DNA of 64,000 nt, taken from Verrucomicrobiota bacterium (GTDB lineage: Bacteria; Verrucomicrobiota; Verrucomicrobiia; Limisphaerales; JBBRPK01). Where the stretch lies: positions 4,868-68,867 of the forward strand of contig JBBRPK010000012.1 in NCBI GenBank assembly GCA_038228235.1, in the 5' to 3' direction. Under the pieces are notes generated by a model. It saw nothing but the letters and a program-made list of their open reading frames with translations, made no database searches and was not told the origin of the DNA. Position 1 is the stretch's first letter. Each line of letters opens with the position of its first letter. Below are positions 35,955 through 46,331 of this stretch, in pieces. The position numbers and the translations under genes were made by a program.

Positions 35955-38900
35955 ATGAGCCCACGTCAAACCCAGACGAACCGACTTTGCCAACCTAAAC
36001 CCATGAAATCTCTACGTGCCTTCCTCACCGGAAAATTGGCTTTCGCCATCCTCTGTTTGGGCTCTTGGAATTCGTGGGCCCAACCCGCTCTGATGCTGCA
36101 AGACATTGGAAGTCCCGCCATTTCGGGTGTTGCCACCACGGCATCGGGGGGCTTTGATTTCAGCGCTGGGGGTTCGGACATCGGAGCCAGCGGGGCGGAC
36201 CAGTTTTCCTTCAACTACATGCAGCAGAGTGGAGACTTCGATGTGAAGGTGCGATTGGCCGCTATGAGTCTGTCGGATGCCTGGGCCAAAGCGGGGTTGA
36301 TGGCACGGGAGGATCTGATGGTTTCTAACCGCTACGCCGCCACCATTGCCACTCCGGGGGTGAGTGGTTGTTTTTTTCAGGCGCGCTTGACTAATGGGCG
36401 ACCGGCTACCGTGGCGGGCAGCTTTCCGGTCACATATCCGAGCACCTGGCTGCGCTTGCAACGGCAGGGCAATTCTTTTACCGGTTACGCCAGCGTTGAT
36501 GGGAATGCCTGGGCTCAATTGGGAGTTGTGACTTTGGCGTTGTCCAACACAGTCTATCTCGGAGTGGCTGCTACTAGTCGCAACACCAACCAGCCGACGG
36601 TGGTTCAGGTTCGAGACTTTCAAAACGTGGCCGGAGGCACGACTGCCAGCTTGGCCCTCGGGCGCGAGCCCATTGGCCCTTCCAGCCGAAAGACTGGGTT
36701 GGCCATAAGCGAGATCATGTATCATCCCAGGAGCGTGCCCGGATTTTCCAACAGCCTGGAATTCATCGAAATCTATAATTCCCAAGGGTTTTTCGAGAAG
36801 ATTGGCGGCTACCGGATTTCTGGGTCGGTCAATTACACCTTCCCTTCCAATACCGTCATGCCCTCGGGGGCCTATGTCGTTGTGGCGCGCGATCCAGCAT
36901 TTCTGCAGAGCCATTATGGAATTTCAGGCGTGCTCGGCCCCTGGGATGGGGCGGACACTAACAGCCTGCCTGCGACTACGGGCACGGTTCAGTTGCGCAA
37001 CCGGCAGGGTGCGGTTCTGTTGGAGGTGATTTACGAGGGAAAGAGTCCATGGCCCACAGCCGCTGATGGCGCGGGCCATTCGCTCGTGCTGGCGCGGCCC
37101 TCCTACGGTGAGGGCGATCCGCGAGCCTGGGCGGCCAGCGATAGCCTGGATGGCTCCCCTGGCCGGGACGATCCTTACAATACCGAGCCGTTGCGCTCGG
37201 TGGCCATCAACGAGGTCTTCGCCCATAGTGACGATTCTCTGTCGGAGAATTTCGTGGAGCTTTACAACCATAATAATCAACCCGCGGACTTATCAGGAGT
37301 TTTTCTGAGCGATGACGCCGCGATTCAAAAATTCAGGATTCCGGATGGCACCATTATTTCTCCCACCGGTTTCGTTTTCTTTACGCAAAGCACGCTGGGC
37401 TTCGGACTAAGCGCACTCGGGGGCCGGGTTTTTCTGGTGAACTCGAATCAGACGCGAGTGATTGATGCGGTGGGATATGAAGCGCAGGCCAGCGGCTTTT
37501 CCGCCGGGCGGTTCCCGGAGGGGGCCGGGCCGTTCCGCGAGTTGGCCAGCCGCACTCCGGGGGCTCCCAACAGCAACCCGCTGCTTCGGGATATTGTCAT
37601 CAATGAAATCATGCATAGCCCCATTTCCGGAAACAATAACGATGAGTATATCGAACTCTACAACAAGGGAACGAACACTGTTAACCTGGCGAACTGGATT
37701 TTCACGGCGGGAATTTCCTTCAGCTTCCCCAGCAATACCTCGATCGCCCCGGATGGATACCTCGTGGTGGCCAAGAACAAGACGAATCTCTTCGCCCACC
37801 ACTCTAATCTTAATGCCACCAATACCGTCGGCAATTTCGTCGGGGGCTTGGCCGGCGGTGGCGAGCGAATCGCTCTCTCGATGCCTGCTCCCTGGGTGAT
37901 CCCTTTCGGCGGTGGTTTCTTGACCAATATCATTTATGTCGTTGAGAACGAGGTCACCTATGGAAAAGGGGGACGTTGGGGCACATGGTCGGGCGGAGGC
38001 GGAAGCAGCCTCGAATTGGTTGATCCCCGAAGCGATAACCGCCAGCCCGCCAACTGGGCGGACAGCGACGAAACCCATAAAAGTCAATGGACCAATTTCG
38101 AATGGACCGGTCCGCTCGGGGAAACCCTCGGTTCTCCCATTAATGACAATGTGCAAATCGTCCTGATGGGCATTGGAGAATGCCTCATCGACGAGGTGGA
38201 GCTGCACAACGGAGCCGGAGCAAATCTGATCGCGAACCCGGGTTTCGAACAGGGCTCGGCCAATTGGGTTTTCCAAGGTTCTCATGATTTCTCGAGTATC
38301 GAAAACGAGGGCTATGCGGGCAGCAAGAGCCTGCACGTACGGGCCGGATCGCGCGGCGATAATGGCGGGAACCGCATTCGCACCACAGCCTTGTCAACCA
38401 GTGCGGCTGGCACGGTGACTCTGCGGGCCAAGGCGCGCTGGTTGCGGGGCTGGCCAGAGGTGCTCCTGCGCATCCATGGCGGGGGCGCCGAAGTGGTCGG
38501 GGTGATGTCCACCCCGTCGAACCTTGGCACGCCAGGGGCGCGCAACAGCCAGGCCGTGCTCAACGCAGGCCCCGCCGTTTTCGAAGTGCAACATTCCCCG
38601 GTTCTTCCCGCCGCTAATGAACCGGTGGTGGTCACCGCCCGCGCCTTCGATCCGGACGGTATATCTTCATTGATGCTTAAGTACCGGATCGATCCGTCCG
38701 CCAATTATGTTTCCCTTCCGATGCTGGACGATGGCACGGGAGGAGACGCCGTGGCGGGCGATGGCCTTTACAGCGCCACCCTTCCTGGACAAGCCGCCGG
38801 CGGCACGATCGCATTCTACATCCAGGCGGTGGATAATTTGAACGCCACCAATCTTTTTCCTCAGGATGTCTTCCCCAAGGCTCCCTTGAATCGGTGCTTT

Positions 38901-41900
38901 CCAAATGACAGCATTACCCGCGAAGGAGTGCTGCGCTGGGGTGATGTTCAGATGCCGGGAAGTTTTGCCACTTATCACCTTTGGCTGACTTACGCCAACT
39001 CCAATCGCTGGGCCTTCCGCGGCCATCCCCCCACGGAGAACCCTAACACGTCGGGGTTGGATAATGCGGAGATGGATGGGACCTTCGTGTATAATAATGC
39101 GCGCGCTGTCTATAATGCCCTTCCTCTATATGCCGGCAGTCCGTGGCACCGCGGCCAAATGACCACCGGGCCGTGCGGGGTCAATCGCGTGGATTTCGTG
39201 ATGAATTTTCCCGCCGACGATCGCATGTTGGGCACCACCGATTTTGTGTTGAATAATCCGGGCAATCCCGGCGGCACCACTACCAGTGATACCAGCGCGC
39301 AAACCGAGCAGACCTCTTACATTATTTTCAATGAGATCGGGCTGGTTTATAACCACCGCCGTTACATTCATTATTTTATCAACGGCAGCCAGCGCAGCAC
39401 CACCGCCGATCGGCCGGGCAATTTCATCTTTGAAGATTCCCAGCAGCCGAATGGGGATGTGGTGCATGAATGGTATCCAAACGATGCCAGCGGCGAACTT
39501 TATAAAATCGAAGACTGGTTCGAGTTCAACGATAACGGGTATGACTTCTCCGATAATAACGATGCCGATCTCTCACGACGGACGATCAACGGTTCGTTGT
39601 ACATTGCGCCGTACCGCTTCATGTTTCGCAAGCGCAGCCTGAATCCTGGAGATTCCACCACCAATTACACCAATTTTTTTGCTTTGGTAAATGCCGCCAG
39701 CCCGACCGCTGCCTACTCCCCGACGGGTCCTTCCAAAACCGCGCCGATCCCCGATCTGGCGCTTTTTGACTCCATTGCCAATTATGAACAGTGGATGCGG
39801 ATTTTTGCAGTCCAGCGCACGGTGGGAAATTGGGATAGTTATGGTTATAGCAGAGGAAAGAACGATTACACTTGGAAAGGGGTGAACGGGCGATTCGAAC
39901 AGTTGACCTGGGATATCGATTTTACGATGGGCGTGGGGGGCAACGGCGCGGGGCAAAGCCTTTTCGACAGCGTCAGCGATCCGAGGGTGATCGGCATGTA
40001 CAGCACCCCAGCAATCGTCCGCGCCTGCTGGCGAGCTTTCCAGGACATCGTCGATGGCCCTTTAAACAACGCCTTTCTGGACCCGATCCTCGATGCCAAA
40101 GCTGCGGCCCTCACACTGAATCGGATCAACATAGATCCAAATACCCTTGCCACCGTTAAAACCTACACGAGCCAGAGACGGGCCTTTATCCTAACCCAGT
40201 TGGCCACCGTAGCCGCAAGTTTTTCGCTCTCCCCCACTAACTATGCCACCGCCAACACCAATCTGTTAATCCTTTCAGGGGCGGCGCCGATTATCATCAA
40301 GAACATGACCGCAATTTTCAACAACGTGGCTTACCCGATTCCATTTACAGGGGTAACAAACTGGTCCATCCGCCTGGTCTTGAGCCCGGGAGAGAATCAG
40401 ATCGTCATTCAGAGTTTCGACCGCTTCGGCAACGAACTGACCGGCTTTCGCCGAACAAACAACGTGAATTACGTCGGCCCAGTGGTCGCGCCGCAAGAAG
40501 CCATCGTCTTCAATGAGATCATGTATAATCCCACTGCGACCAATGCTTCCTACATAGAAATCTTCAACAACTCTGACGCCGCTTTCGATGTCTCTTCCTG
40601 GCGGCTGGACGGCTTGGATTATGTCTTCCCCTCCGGGTCGGTCCTCGCCGCTCGCAGCTATCTCACTCTGGCCAAGAGCACAGCAGCTTTTGCTGCGGCC
40701 TATGGCCTCAAGGTCCCGGTCTTCGGGCAATTCAACGGGCAGTTAAACACCGCCGGTCAAACCATTGCGCTGATCAAGCCTGGCGCCACGCCTTTGGACG
40801 ATCTGGTGGTGGACGAGGTGCGTTACGAAGCCAGCCTGCCTTGGGCCTTGGGAGCGAATGGCCAGGGCGCTGCTCTGCAATTAATCGATCCGTCCCAGGA
40901 CAATTCCCGCGTCAGCAATTGGGCCGATGGAAGCGCCTGGCGTTTGGCCTCCATCACTGGCGTTATCGGGGTGGCTACCAACGTCCTTATCTATCTGGCA
41001 GGACCGGGCGAGGTGTATATCGACGACGTCTCCATCACGCCTCTTTCCGGCCCTTCGTCCGGGATCAACCTCCTTCAAGATGGCGACTTCGAATCTGATT
41101 TAGCCGGCAGCTGGATAGTTCCGGCCACGATGAGCGGTTCGGCCCTGAGCAGCGCCTATGCTCATTCCACCAACTATAGTCTTCACGTGGTGGCCACTAA
41201 TAGCGGTTCGGTTGCCAATTCCATACACCAGAATCTGCCCGTTTTGGACAGCAATACTGTATGCACACTCAGCTTCTGGTATCGGACAATTAACAGCACC
41301 AACCTCACCATCCGCGCTTACCCGGGCGGTCTAAGCCTCAACGTCAACCCGCGGCCGATTGGCTTCACGCCCTCTTCATCCAATTCCACTCTCGCCTCGC
41401 TCCCTCCCTACCCGCTTCTCTGGCTCAATGAGGTGCAGGCCAACAACATCTCCGGCCCCGTGGACGGGCTTGGCGAACGGGATCCGTGGATTGAGCTCTA
41501 CAACGCCAGCACTAACGTTCTGCCTTTGGAGGGTTTTTATCTGGCCAACAATTATACCAATTTGACCCAATGGGCCTTCCCGGCTGGGTCGGTTATCAAC
41601 CCCGGCCAGTTTCTGCTCGTTTGGGCCGATGGGCAACCCAATCAAAGCACTTCAACTCAATGGCACACCAGTTTCCGTCTGGCGGACTCCACCGGCTCCG
41701 TGGCCTTGGTTCGCCTCGTCGGCGCGCTGCCTCAGATTATGGATTACCTTAACTATTCCGGCCTGGCCGCCGATCAGTCCTATGGCGATTATCCCGACGG
41801 ACAACCCTTTGACCGGCAGATTTTCGCCAAGACCACCACACCGGGAACGAACAACTATGCCTTGCCAAGCAACGTCTTAATCAACGAGTGGATCGCCAGC

Positions 41901-43136
41901 AATGCCGCTGGGTCCGGCGGGTATCCGGACCCGACAGACGGGCATTACGACGATTGGTTTGAATTGTATAATCCATCGCCACAGGCGGCTAACATCGGCG
42001 GCCTCTACTTGACGGGCAATTTAACCAACCAGTTGGCCTGGCGCATTCCCAATGGCACCTCCATTCCCGCGGGCGGCTATTTATTGGTTTGGGCCGACCA
42101 GAACAACCCGGCCAACAGTCCTAACGGTGACCTGCACGTTAACTTTAAGTTAGCTAAAAGCGGGGATTCCATCGGACTTTTTGCCTTGGTGGGCACAAAT
42201 ATCATCCAGGTGGATGCTGTTACCTTCGGCCCCCAGAACACGGACGTGAGCCAGGGCCGCTATCCGGACGGCGCCCCTGGCATTTATTTCCTATCCACGC
42301 CCACGCCTCGCGCGCCAAATGCCGTTCCAGGCAACTCCCCGCCCGTGCTCCAAGCTATTGGCGATCGGGTAATCGATGAGTTGACTCGCCTCAGGTTCAC
42401 CGCCGTTGCCACTGACTCTGACACTCCCCCTCAAACGCTCACTTTCAGCTTAGACCCGGGGGCTCCGGCGGGCGCCTCAATCAGCCCCAGCGGTGCCTTC
42501 AAATGGCGGCCCAGCGAACGCCAAGGCCCGGGCCTTTATCATATCACGGTGAGGGTTACCGACGACGGCACACCGACCTTGAGCGCAACACAGACATTTT
42601 CGGTGACGGTCAACGAAGTCAATAGCGCGCCATCTTTTATCGATGTGCGGGACAAATACGTCAAGGCCGGCGCGCTGCTGTCATTCCTCACGGGTGTGGA
42701 CAGCGATTGGCCCACGCAGAATCTTGCCTTCTCGCTTGAGGCCGGCGCGGCGCAAGGAGCGGCCATCGATCCGGTTTCGGGACTTTTTTCCTGGACACCG
42801 ACTGACCTCCAAGCGCCTGGAACCTATTCCGTAGCCGTGCATGTAATCGATGACGGCGTTCCACCGCTAAGCGCCGACACGGCATATATTATTCACGTGC
42901 TGGAACGCAGCGCCACGCTTATCCTCATGAATTGGAGCCGGAGCGGCAGTGCTGTCGCGCTCAATTGGCAAACCACCGTTGGCAAAGCTTACCAGGTGGA
43001 ATATAAGGACCATCTAAACCAGGCCAGTTGGATTCCTCTCGGCTCCAGCCAGATCGCCACTAGCAACACTCTGAGCATCACCGATAATTTTTCACCCACC
43101 TCTCAACGGTTTTACCATGTCGTGCTGGTGCCTTAG
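35955..43136 (+). CDS. Giant secreted protein E: lamin-tail domains, CotH kinase-like, cadherin-like, C-terminal RFY domain; paralog of protein A
   Basis: Collinear similarity with A (e.g. AADGAGHSLVLAR, WLRGWPE, NLGTPGARNS). CotH motifs GNWD..KNDY..WDID. Start 35955 or 36003. Confidence 0.87.
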   Translation: MSPRQTQTNRLCQPKPMKSLRAFLTGKLAFAILCLGSWNSWAQPALMLQDIGSPAISGVATTASGGFDFSAGGSDIGASGADQFSFNYMQQSGDFDVKVRLAAMSLSDAWAKAGLMAREDLMVSNRYAATIATPGVSGCFFQARLTNGRPATVAGSFPVTYPSTWLRLQRQGNSFTGYASVDGNAWAQLGVVTLALSNTVYLGVAATSRNTNQPTVVQVRDFQNVAGGTTASLALGREPIGPSSRKTGLAISEIMYHPRSVPGFSNSLEFIEIYNSQGFFEKIGGYRISGSVNYTFPSNTVMPSGAYVVVARDPAFLQSHYGISGVLGPWDGADTNSLPATTGTVQLRNRQGAVLLEVIYEGKSPWPTAADGAGHSLVLARPSYGEGDPRAWAASDSLDGSPGRDDPYNTEPLRSVAINEVFAHSDDSLSENFVELYNHNNQPADLSGVFLSDDAAIQKFRIPDGTIISPTGFVFFTQSTLGFGLSALGGRVFLVNSNQTRVIDAVGYEAQASGFSAGRFPEGAGPFRELASRTPGAPNSNPLLRDIVINEIMHSPISGNNNDEYIELYNKGTNTVNLANWIFTAGISFSFPSNTSIAPDGYLVVAKNKTNLFAHHSNLNATNTVGNFVGGLAGGGERIALSMPAPWVIPFGGGFLTNIIYVVENEVTYGKGGRWGTWSGGGGSSLELVDPRSDNRQPANWADSDETHKSQWTNFEWTGPLGETLGSPINDNVQIVLMGIGECLIDEVELHNGAGANLIANPGFEQGSANWVFQGSHDFSSIENEGYAGSKSLHVRAGSRGDNGGNRIRTTALSTSAAGTVTLRAKARWLRGWPEVLLRIHGGGAEVVGVMSTPSNLGTPGARNSQAVLNAGPAVFEVQHSPVLPAANEPVVVTARAFDPDGISSLMLKYRIDPSANYVSLPMLDDGTGGDAVAGDGLYSATLPGQAAGGTIAFYIQAVDNLNATNLFPQDVFPKAPLNRCFPNDSITREGVLRWGDVQMPGSFATYHLWLTYANSNRWAFRGHPPTENPNTSGLDNAEMDGTFVYNNARAVYNALPLYAGSPWHRGQMTTGPCGVNRVDFVMNFPADDRMLGTTDFVLNNPGNPGGTTTSDTSAQTEQTSYIIFNEIGLVYNHRRYIHYFINGSQRSTTADRPGNFIFEDSQQPNGDVVHEWYPNDASGELYKIEDWFEFNDNGYDFSDNNDADLSRRTINGSLYIAPYRFMFRKRSLNPGDSTTNYTNFFALVNAASPTAAYSPTGPSKTAPIPDLALFDSIANYEQWMRIFAVQRTVGNWDSYGYSRGKNDYTWKGVNGRFEQLTWDIDFTMGVGGNGAGQSLFDSVSDPRVIGMYSTPAIVRACWRAFQDIVDGPLNNAFLDPILDAKAAALTLNRINIDPNTLATVKTYTSQRRAFILTQLATVAASFSLSPTNYATANTNLLILSGAAPIIIKNMTAIFNNVAYPIPFTGVTNWSIRLVLSPGENQIVIQSFDRFGNELTGFRRTNNVNYVGPVVAPQEAIVFNEIMYNPTATNASYIEIFNNSDAAFDVSSWRLDGLDYVFPSGSVLAARSYLTLAKSTAAFAAAYGLKVPVFGQFNGQLNTAGQTIALIKPGATPLDDLVVDEVRYEASLPWALGANGQGAALQLIDPSQDNSRVSNWADGSAWRLASITGVIGVATNVLIYLAGPGEVYIDDVSITPLSGPSSGINLLQDGDFESDLAGSWIVPATMSGSALSSAYAHSTNYSLHVVATNSGSVANSIHQNLPVLDSNTVCTLSFWYRTINSTNLTIRAYPGGLSLNVNPRPIGFTPSSSNSTLASLPPYPLLWLNEVQANNISGPVDGLGERDPWIELYNASTNVLPLEGFYLANNYTNLTQWAFPAGSVINPGQFLLVWADGQPNQSTSTQWHTSFRLADSTGSVALVRLVGALPQIMDYLNYSGLAADQSYGDYPDGQPFDRQIFAKTTTPGTNNYALPSNVLINEWIASNAAGSGGYPDPTDGHYDDWFELYNPSPQAANIGGLYLTGNLTNQLAWRIPNGTSIPAGGYLLVWADQNNPANSPNGDLHVNFKLAKSGDSIGLFALVGTNIIQVDAVTFGPQNTDVSQGRYPDGAPGIYFLSTPTPRAPNAVPGNSPPVLQAIGDRVIDELTRLRFTAVATDSDTPPQTLTFSLDPGAPAGASISPSGAFKWRPSERQGPGLYHITVRVTDDGTPTLSATQTFSVTVNEVNSAPSFIDVRDKYVKAGALLSFLTGVDSDWPTQNLAFSLEAGAAQGAAIDPVSGLFSWTPTDLQAPGTYSVAVHVIDDGVPPLSADTAYIIHVLERSATLILMNWSRSGSAVALNWQTTVGKAYQVEYKDHLNQASWIPLGSSQIATSNTLSITDNFSPTSQRFYHVVLVP

Positions 43137-43408
43137 AGCCTGTTTTAAAATTGCGTGGGGTCCTGCGGCGAGGGATTTTGGCTGTGGCCAAGGCGGCGAG
43201 GCCGGAGCATCCCCGCAGCGGGCTGTGACGTCCGAGTCAACGCCGGCCGCAGACAAAAGACCCGCCGCCCGGAGGGTTTTCGCGGAAAAGGCCGGCTGGC
43301 TTCGTTGCTCCTCGGTCACAGATCGCTGGCGGATAAGCTCCCTCGTCGCGCCTCGCCGTCCGGCCTTTTCCCCGAAAACAGGACGCCACGGAATTTTAAA
43401 ACAGGCTC
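43136..43408. mobile_element. Non-autonomous MITE, IS5-like ends, 3-bp TTA target duplication
   Basis: ~30-bp terminal inverted repeats GAGCCTGTTTTAAAATT(G/C)CGTGG(G/C)GTCCTG. TTA at 43133-43135 and 43409-43411. Internal hairpins, no transposase. Confidence 0.85.
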
Positions 43409-43456
43409 TTAGCATCCGCCTGAGGATTGCTCGAATCCGGTAGAAGACCGGAATTT

Positions 43457-46165
43457 ATGAAAATAAGATACCGCTGGCCCCCATGGTGGAATTTGCCGGC
43501 AAGCCAGCGTGTTGACCGTGGAGATGTCTGCTCCAGTTGTTCCGGCTGGTGTTCTGGCGTATTATTGGCGCTGGGATCCGCGATTTTGGCGATGGGTTCG
43601 CTTGCCGCGGAGGTGACTGCCCCTGCCGGGGAGCGCATTCTCCAACAGGAACTCAAACAGCAGCAGATTCGCACAACCACCCAGCGGGTGGGTGATCAGT
43701 TGGGGACCATCATTGCGGAGTTTGAGCGCAATGGCATTGGAGGCGAGGACGTGAAGGTGCTGCGAGCCATTCGTGGTGTGCTGGGCAAGCTCACCGATAA
43801 AGACATGGAAAAAGTGGTCCAGTTGCTCCAGCAATCCCGCCAGTCGAACGACCCGAGCGCCTCGACGAGGACCGCGACCGATGCTTATGCCGGCCAGAAA
43901 ATGATTATCACTCAACTTAATCAACTGGTGCTGGAGTACCAACGACAGCAGGCGCTGTATGAACTTTCGCTCCGGTTCAAGGATTTTGCCAATCGTGAAT
44001 CGACCTTCATGTGGCAAGGGGCGCAACTGGCCAAAAAAACGGAGGGCCGCCAGCCGAACTCTTTCAGCGAAGAGCAGCAGAACAGCCTTCGCTTGCTGCA
44101 AATCGATCAAGAGCCGATCAAAGATGAAGTGGCGCCTCTCATCGGCAAGTTGGAAAAGCTGGCCAGGGAAATCAAGGACGGCCCTGCCGTGGAGCGCCCC
44201 AAAGCGGCCTTGCACCAGGTGAAAGAGGGCGGATTGCTGGCCTCGCTGGATGCGGCCGTGGAAGATTTGCGGGCCTCCAAACTCTTAAGCGCCCTCGGCA
44301 GTCAAAAGCACGTGCGCGATCAATTCCGTGAGATCGCCCGGGTGTTGCTGCTCGCCCAGGGTGAATTGGAGGCCCTCCGCCAGGCCATTCACGAATTGGA
44401 TCAAGTGATTGATCAGCAAAAAGAGTTGACGAAACAAACTGCGAAAATTGAAAAGGAAGACAGTAAGATTGAACCCAAACAGGCCGAGCTCGTGGATGCC
44501 ACCGACCTGATTCGCCGCGATGTGGATAGCATTGCTCCGGTCGCCGTCGAAAACTTGAAAAGCGCCATGGATAAGATGCAGGCGGCCCGCGAGGCGCTGA
44601 CCGCCGAGAAAGATCCCAGGAGACAACGGGAGAAAGCCCCTCCCCGACAAGACGAAGCGGCAGCCAGCCTGGAAGAGGCCCGCCGCGCGTTGCAGGAGCA
44701 ATTGGCTAAGGCTGAAGAGAAGGGAAACAAACCGGAAAACACCCTGGCGGGCGTGAAGGATTTACAGGAACAAACGCGCGACCTCATCAAAAAACAAACG
44801 TCTCTCAAAGAGGAAACCGCCAGCGTGGACAACCATGATTTAATCTCAAAAGCTCCCCAGCAAGGAGAACTGAAAGATAAGGCCCAGGAACTTCAACAGT
44901 TGGCGGCTTCCGTTGTCCCGAGCGCCGCGCCGTCCGCCGGTGAGGCCGCCAAACAGATGCAAAAAGCCCAAAATTCGCTGGCCAATTCTCAGAACAATGC
45001 TCCCGCCCAACAGGCTGCCATTGAAGCCCTGGAGAAATTGGACCAACTATTGACCCAGGAAATGGCCAAACTCGAGCAAGCACAGCAGGAATTGACAGCG
45101 CTCGAGGATTTGCTCAAAAAGCTCACTGCCATCATTGAAGGCCAACAGGAAGTTCAACTCAGCACTGCGAAGGAGGCGGCCAAACCGGTGTCGCCGCCGC
45201 TCAGCGAGATTTCCGGCAAACAGGAAACGTTGGGCAAGGCCGCGGGTGAACTGAGGCAGGAGGCGGAGAAGCCCGTCCCGGCTGCGGCTGCTCATTTGGG
45301 TGACGCCAGAAAGCGCATGGATGAAGCAAAAAATGATTTAGACAAGGCGGCTCCGAGACTCGCGCAACCCAGACAAACGGAGGCGCTGGCCGATCTTTAT
45401 GCGGCCAAGAAAGAGATGGAATCCAGAATGGATCAATTGAGAAATATGCTGGGGGTGGATCCAAAAAACCAGAACCAGGCGCTGGCGGATGCCGCCTCCC
45501 TGATCGAACAGGCGCAAAAAGATGTTAGCCAGGCCATGTCCCAAATGCAGCGGAGTAATTCAGACCTCCCGCAGGGAGCGCAACTGATGGAAAAGGCGAA
45601 CAAGACCGTCGGACCTCTCGCGGCGGGCCAGGCCGGCGCTTTGCCTTCCTCCGCCCAAGCGGCCCTGCAATCCGCTCAAACTTCCTTGGCGAATGGCTCG
45701 GCTCAAGCATCTTCCGGCCAAGGCGGCCCCGCTCAAGCCAGCGCGGAATCCGCAGCGCAAGCCCTCGCCCAGGCCCAGGCTGCGCTGGCGTTAGCTCAGG
45801 CGGGCTTGAATTCTGATTCTGCCATGGCCAGCAATGCCCAAGGCGAAGGCCAAGGACAAGGACAGGGACAAGGCAAAGGCCAGGGCCAGGGACAAGGCCA
45901 GGCGCAGGGAAAGGGGCAGGGGCAAGGACAAGGCCAGGGAAAAGGAACGCCGGCATCGCAAGGCAACGGACAGCAAGGTAATTGGGACGGTGCCGGCGGT
46001 GCAGACGGCCCCAAAAAAAACAGCGGCGGCTCGGGACAATTCACCGGACTGCCCAAGCGCGATCGCGCTGCCATCCAGCAATCTCAAGCCGAGAAATATC
46101 CTCAAGAGTATGGCCCCCTGGTCGAGCAATACCTGAAAAACCTCTCTGACCAGCGAGGGAAATAG
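43457..46165 (+). CDS. Exported long coiled-coil protein with GQ-rich tail (DUF4175-like, PVC type)
   Basis: Q/E/A/L-rich helical repeats, GQGQG run, C-terminal LP.RDR..EKYPQEYGPLVEQYLKNL. Start uncertain (43427/43457). Confidence 0.7.
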   Translation: MKIRYRWPPWWNLPASQRVDRGDVCSSCSGWCSGVLLALGSAILAMGSLAAEVTAPAGERILQQELKQQQIRTTTQRVGDQLGTIIAEFERNGIGGEDVKVLRAIRGVLGKLTDKDMEKVVQLLQQSRQSNDPSASTRTATDAYAGQKMIITQLNQLVLEYQRQQALYELSLRFKDFANRESTFMWQGAQLAKKTEGRQPNSFSEEQQNSLRLLQIDQEPIKDEVAPLIGKLEKLAREIKDGPAVERPKAALHQVKEGGLLASLDAAVEDLRASKLLSALGSQKHVRDQFREIARVLLLAQGELEALRQAIHELDQVIDQQKELTKQTAKIEKEDSKIEPKQAELVDATDLIRRDVDSIAPVAVENLKSAMDKMQAAREALTAEKDPRRQREKAPPRQDEAAASLEEARRALQEQLAKAEEKGNKPENTLAGVKDLQEQTRDLIKKQTSLKEETASVDNHDLISKAPQQGELKDKAQELQQLAASVVPSAAPSAGEAAKQMQKAQNSLANSQNNAPAQQAAIEALEKLDQLLTQEMAKLEQAQQELTALEDLLKKLTAIIEGQQEVQLSTAKEAAKPVSPPLSEISGKQETLGKAAGELRQEAEKPVPAAAAHLGDARKRMDEAKNDLDKAAPRLAQPRQTEALADLYAAKKEMESRMDQLRNMLGVDPKNQNQALADAASLIEQAQKDVSQAMSQMQRSNSDLPQGAQLMEKANKTVGPLAAGQAGALPSSAQAALQSAQTSLANGSAQASSGQGGPAQASAESAAQALAQAQAALALAQAGLNSDSAMASNAQGEGQGQGQGQGKGQGQGQGQAQGKGQGQGQGQGKGTPASQGNGQQGNWDGAGGADGPKKNSGGSGQFTGLPKRDRAAIQQSQAEKYPQEYGPLVEQYLKNLSDQRGK

Positions 46166-46331
46166 TTCATGCGATGCTTGTCATGAACTCACGCCTTCTG
46201 CTTGGATCCGATCAGGCCATGGCCTGTTACGGCAGGTTGGAACGTCGTTGGTCGGAAGCAGCCAAGGGCGCGATCCCTATTCCAATCAAGCGATCATTGC
46301 GATTGGTTTTTCCCATCTTCCGTGTGCGCCC

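Noticed and set aside
43092-43443. Short ORFs of 85-108 aa on both strands
   Set aside because: They lie within the MITE and show no transposase motifs.
45835-45945. GQGQG repeat as a contingency (phase-variable) locus
   Set aside because: Codons are degenerate and in frame; it looks like a low-complexity linker.
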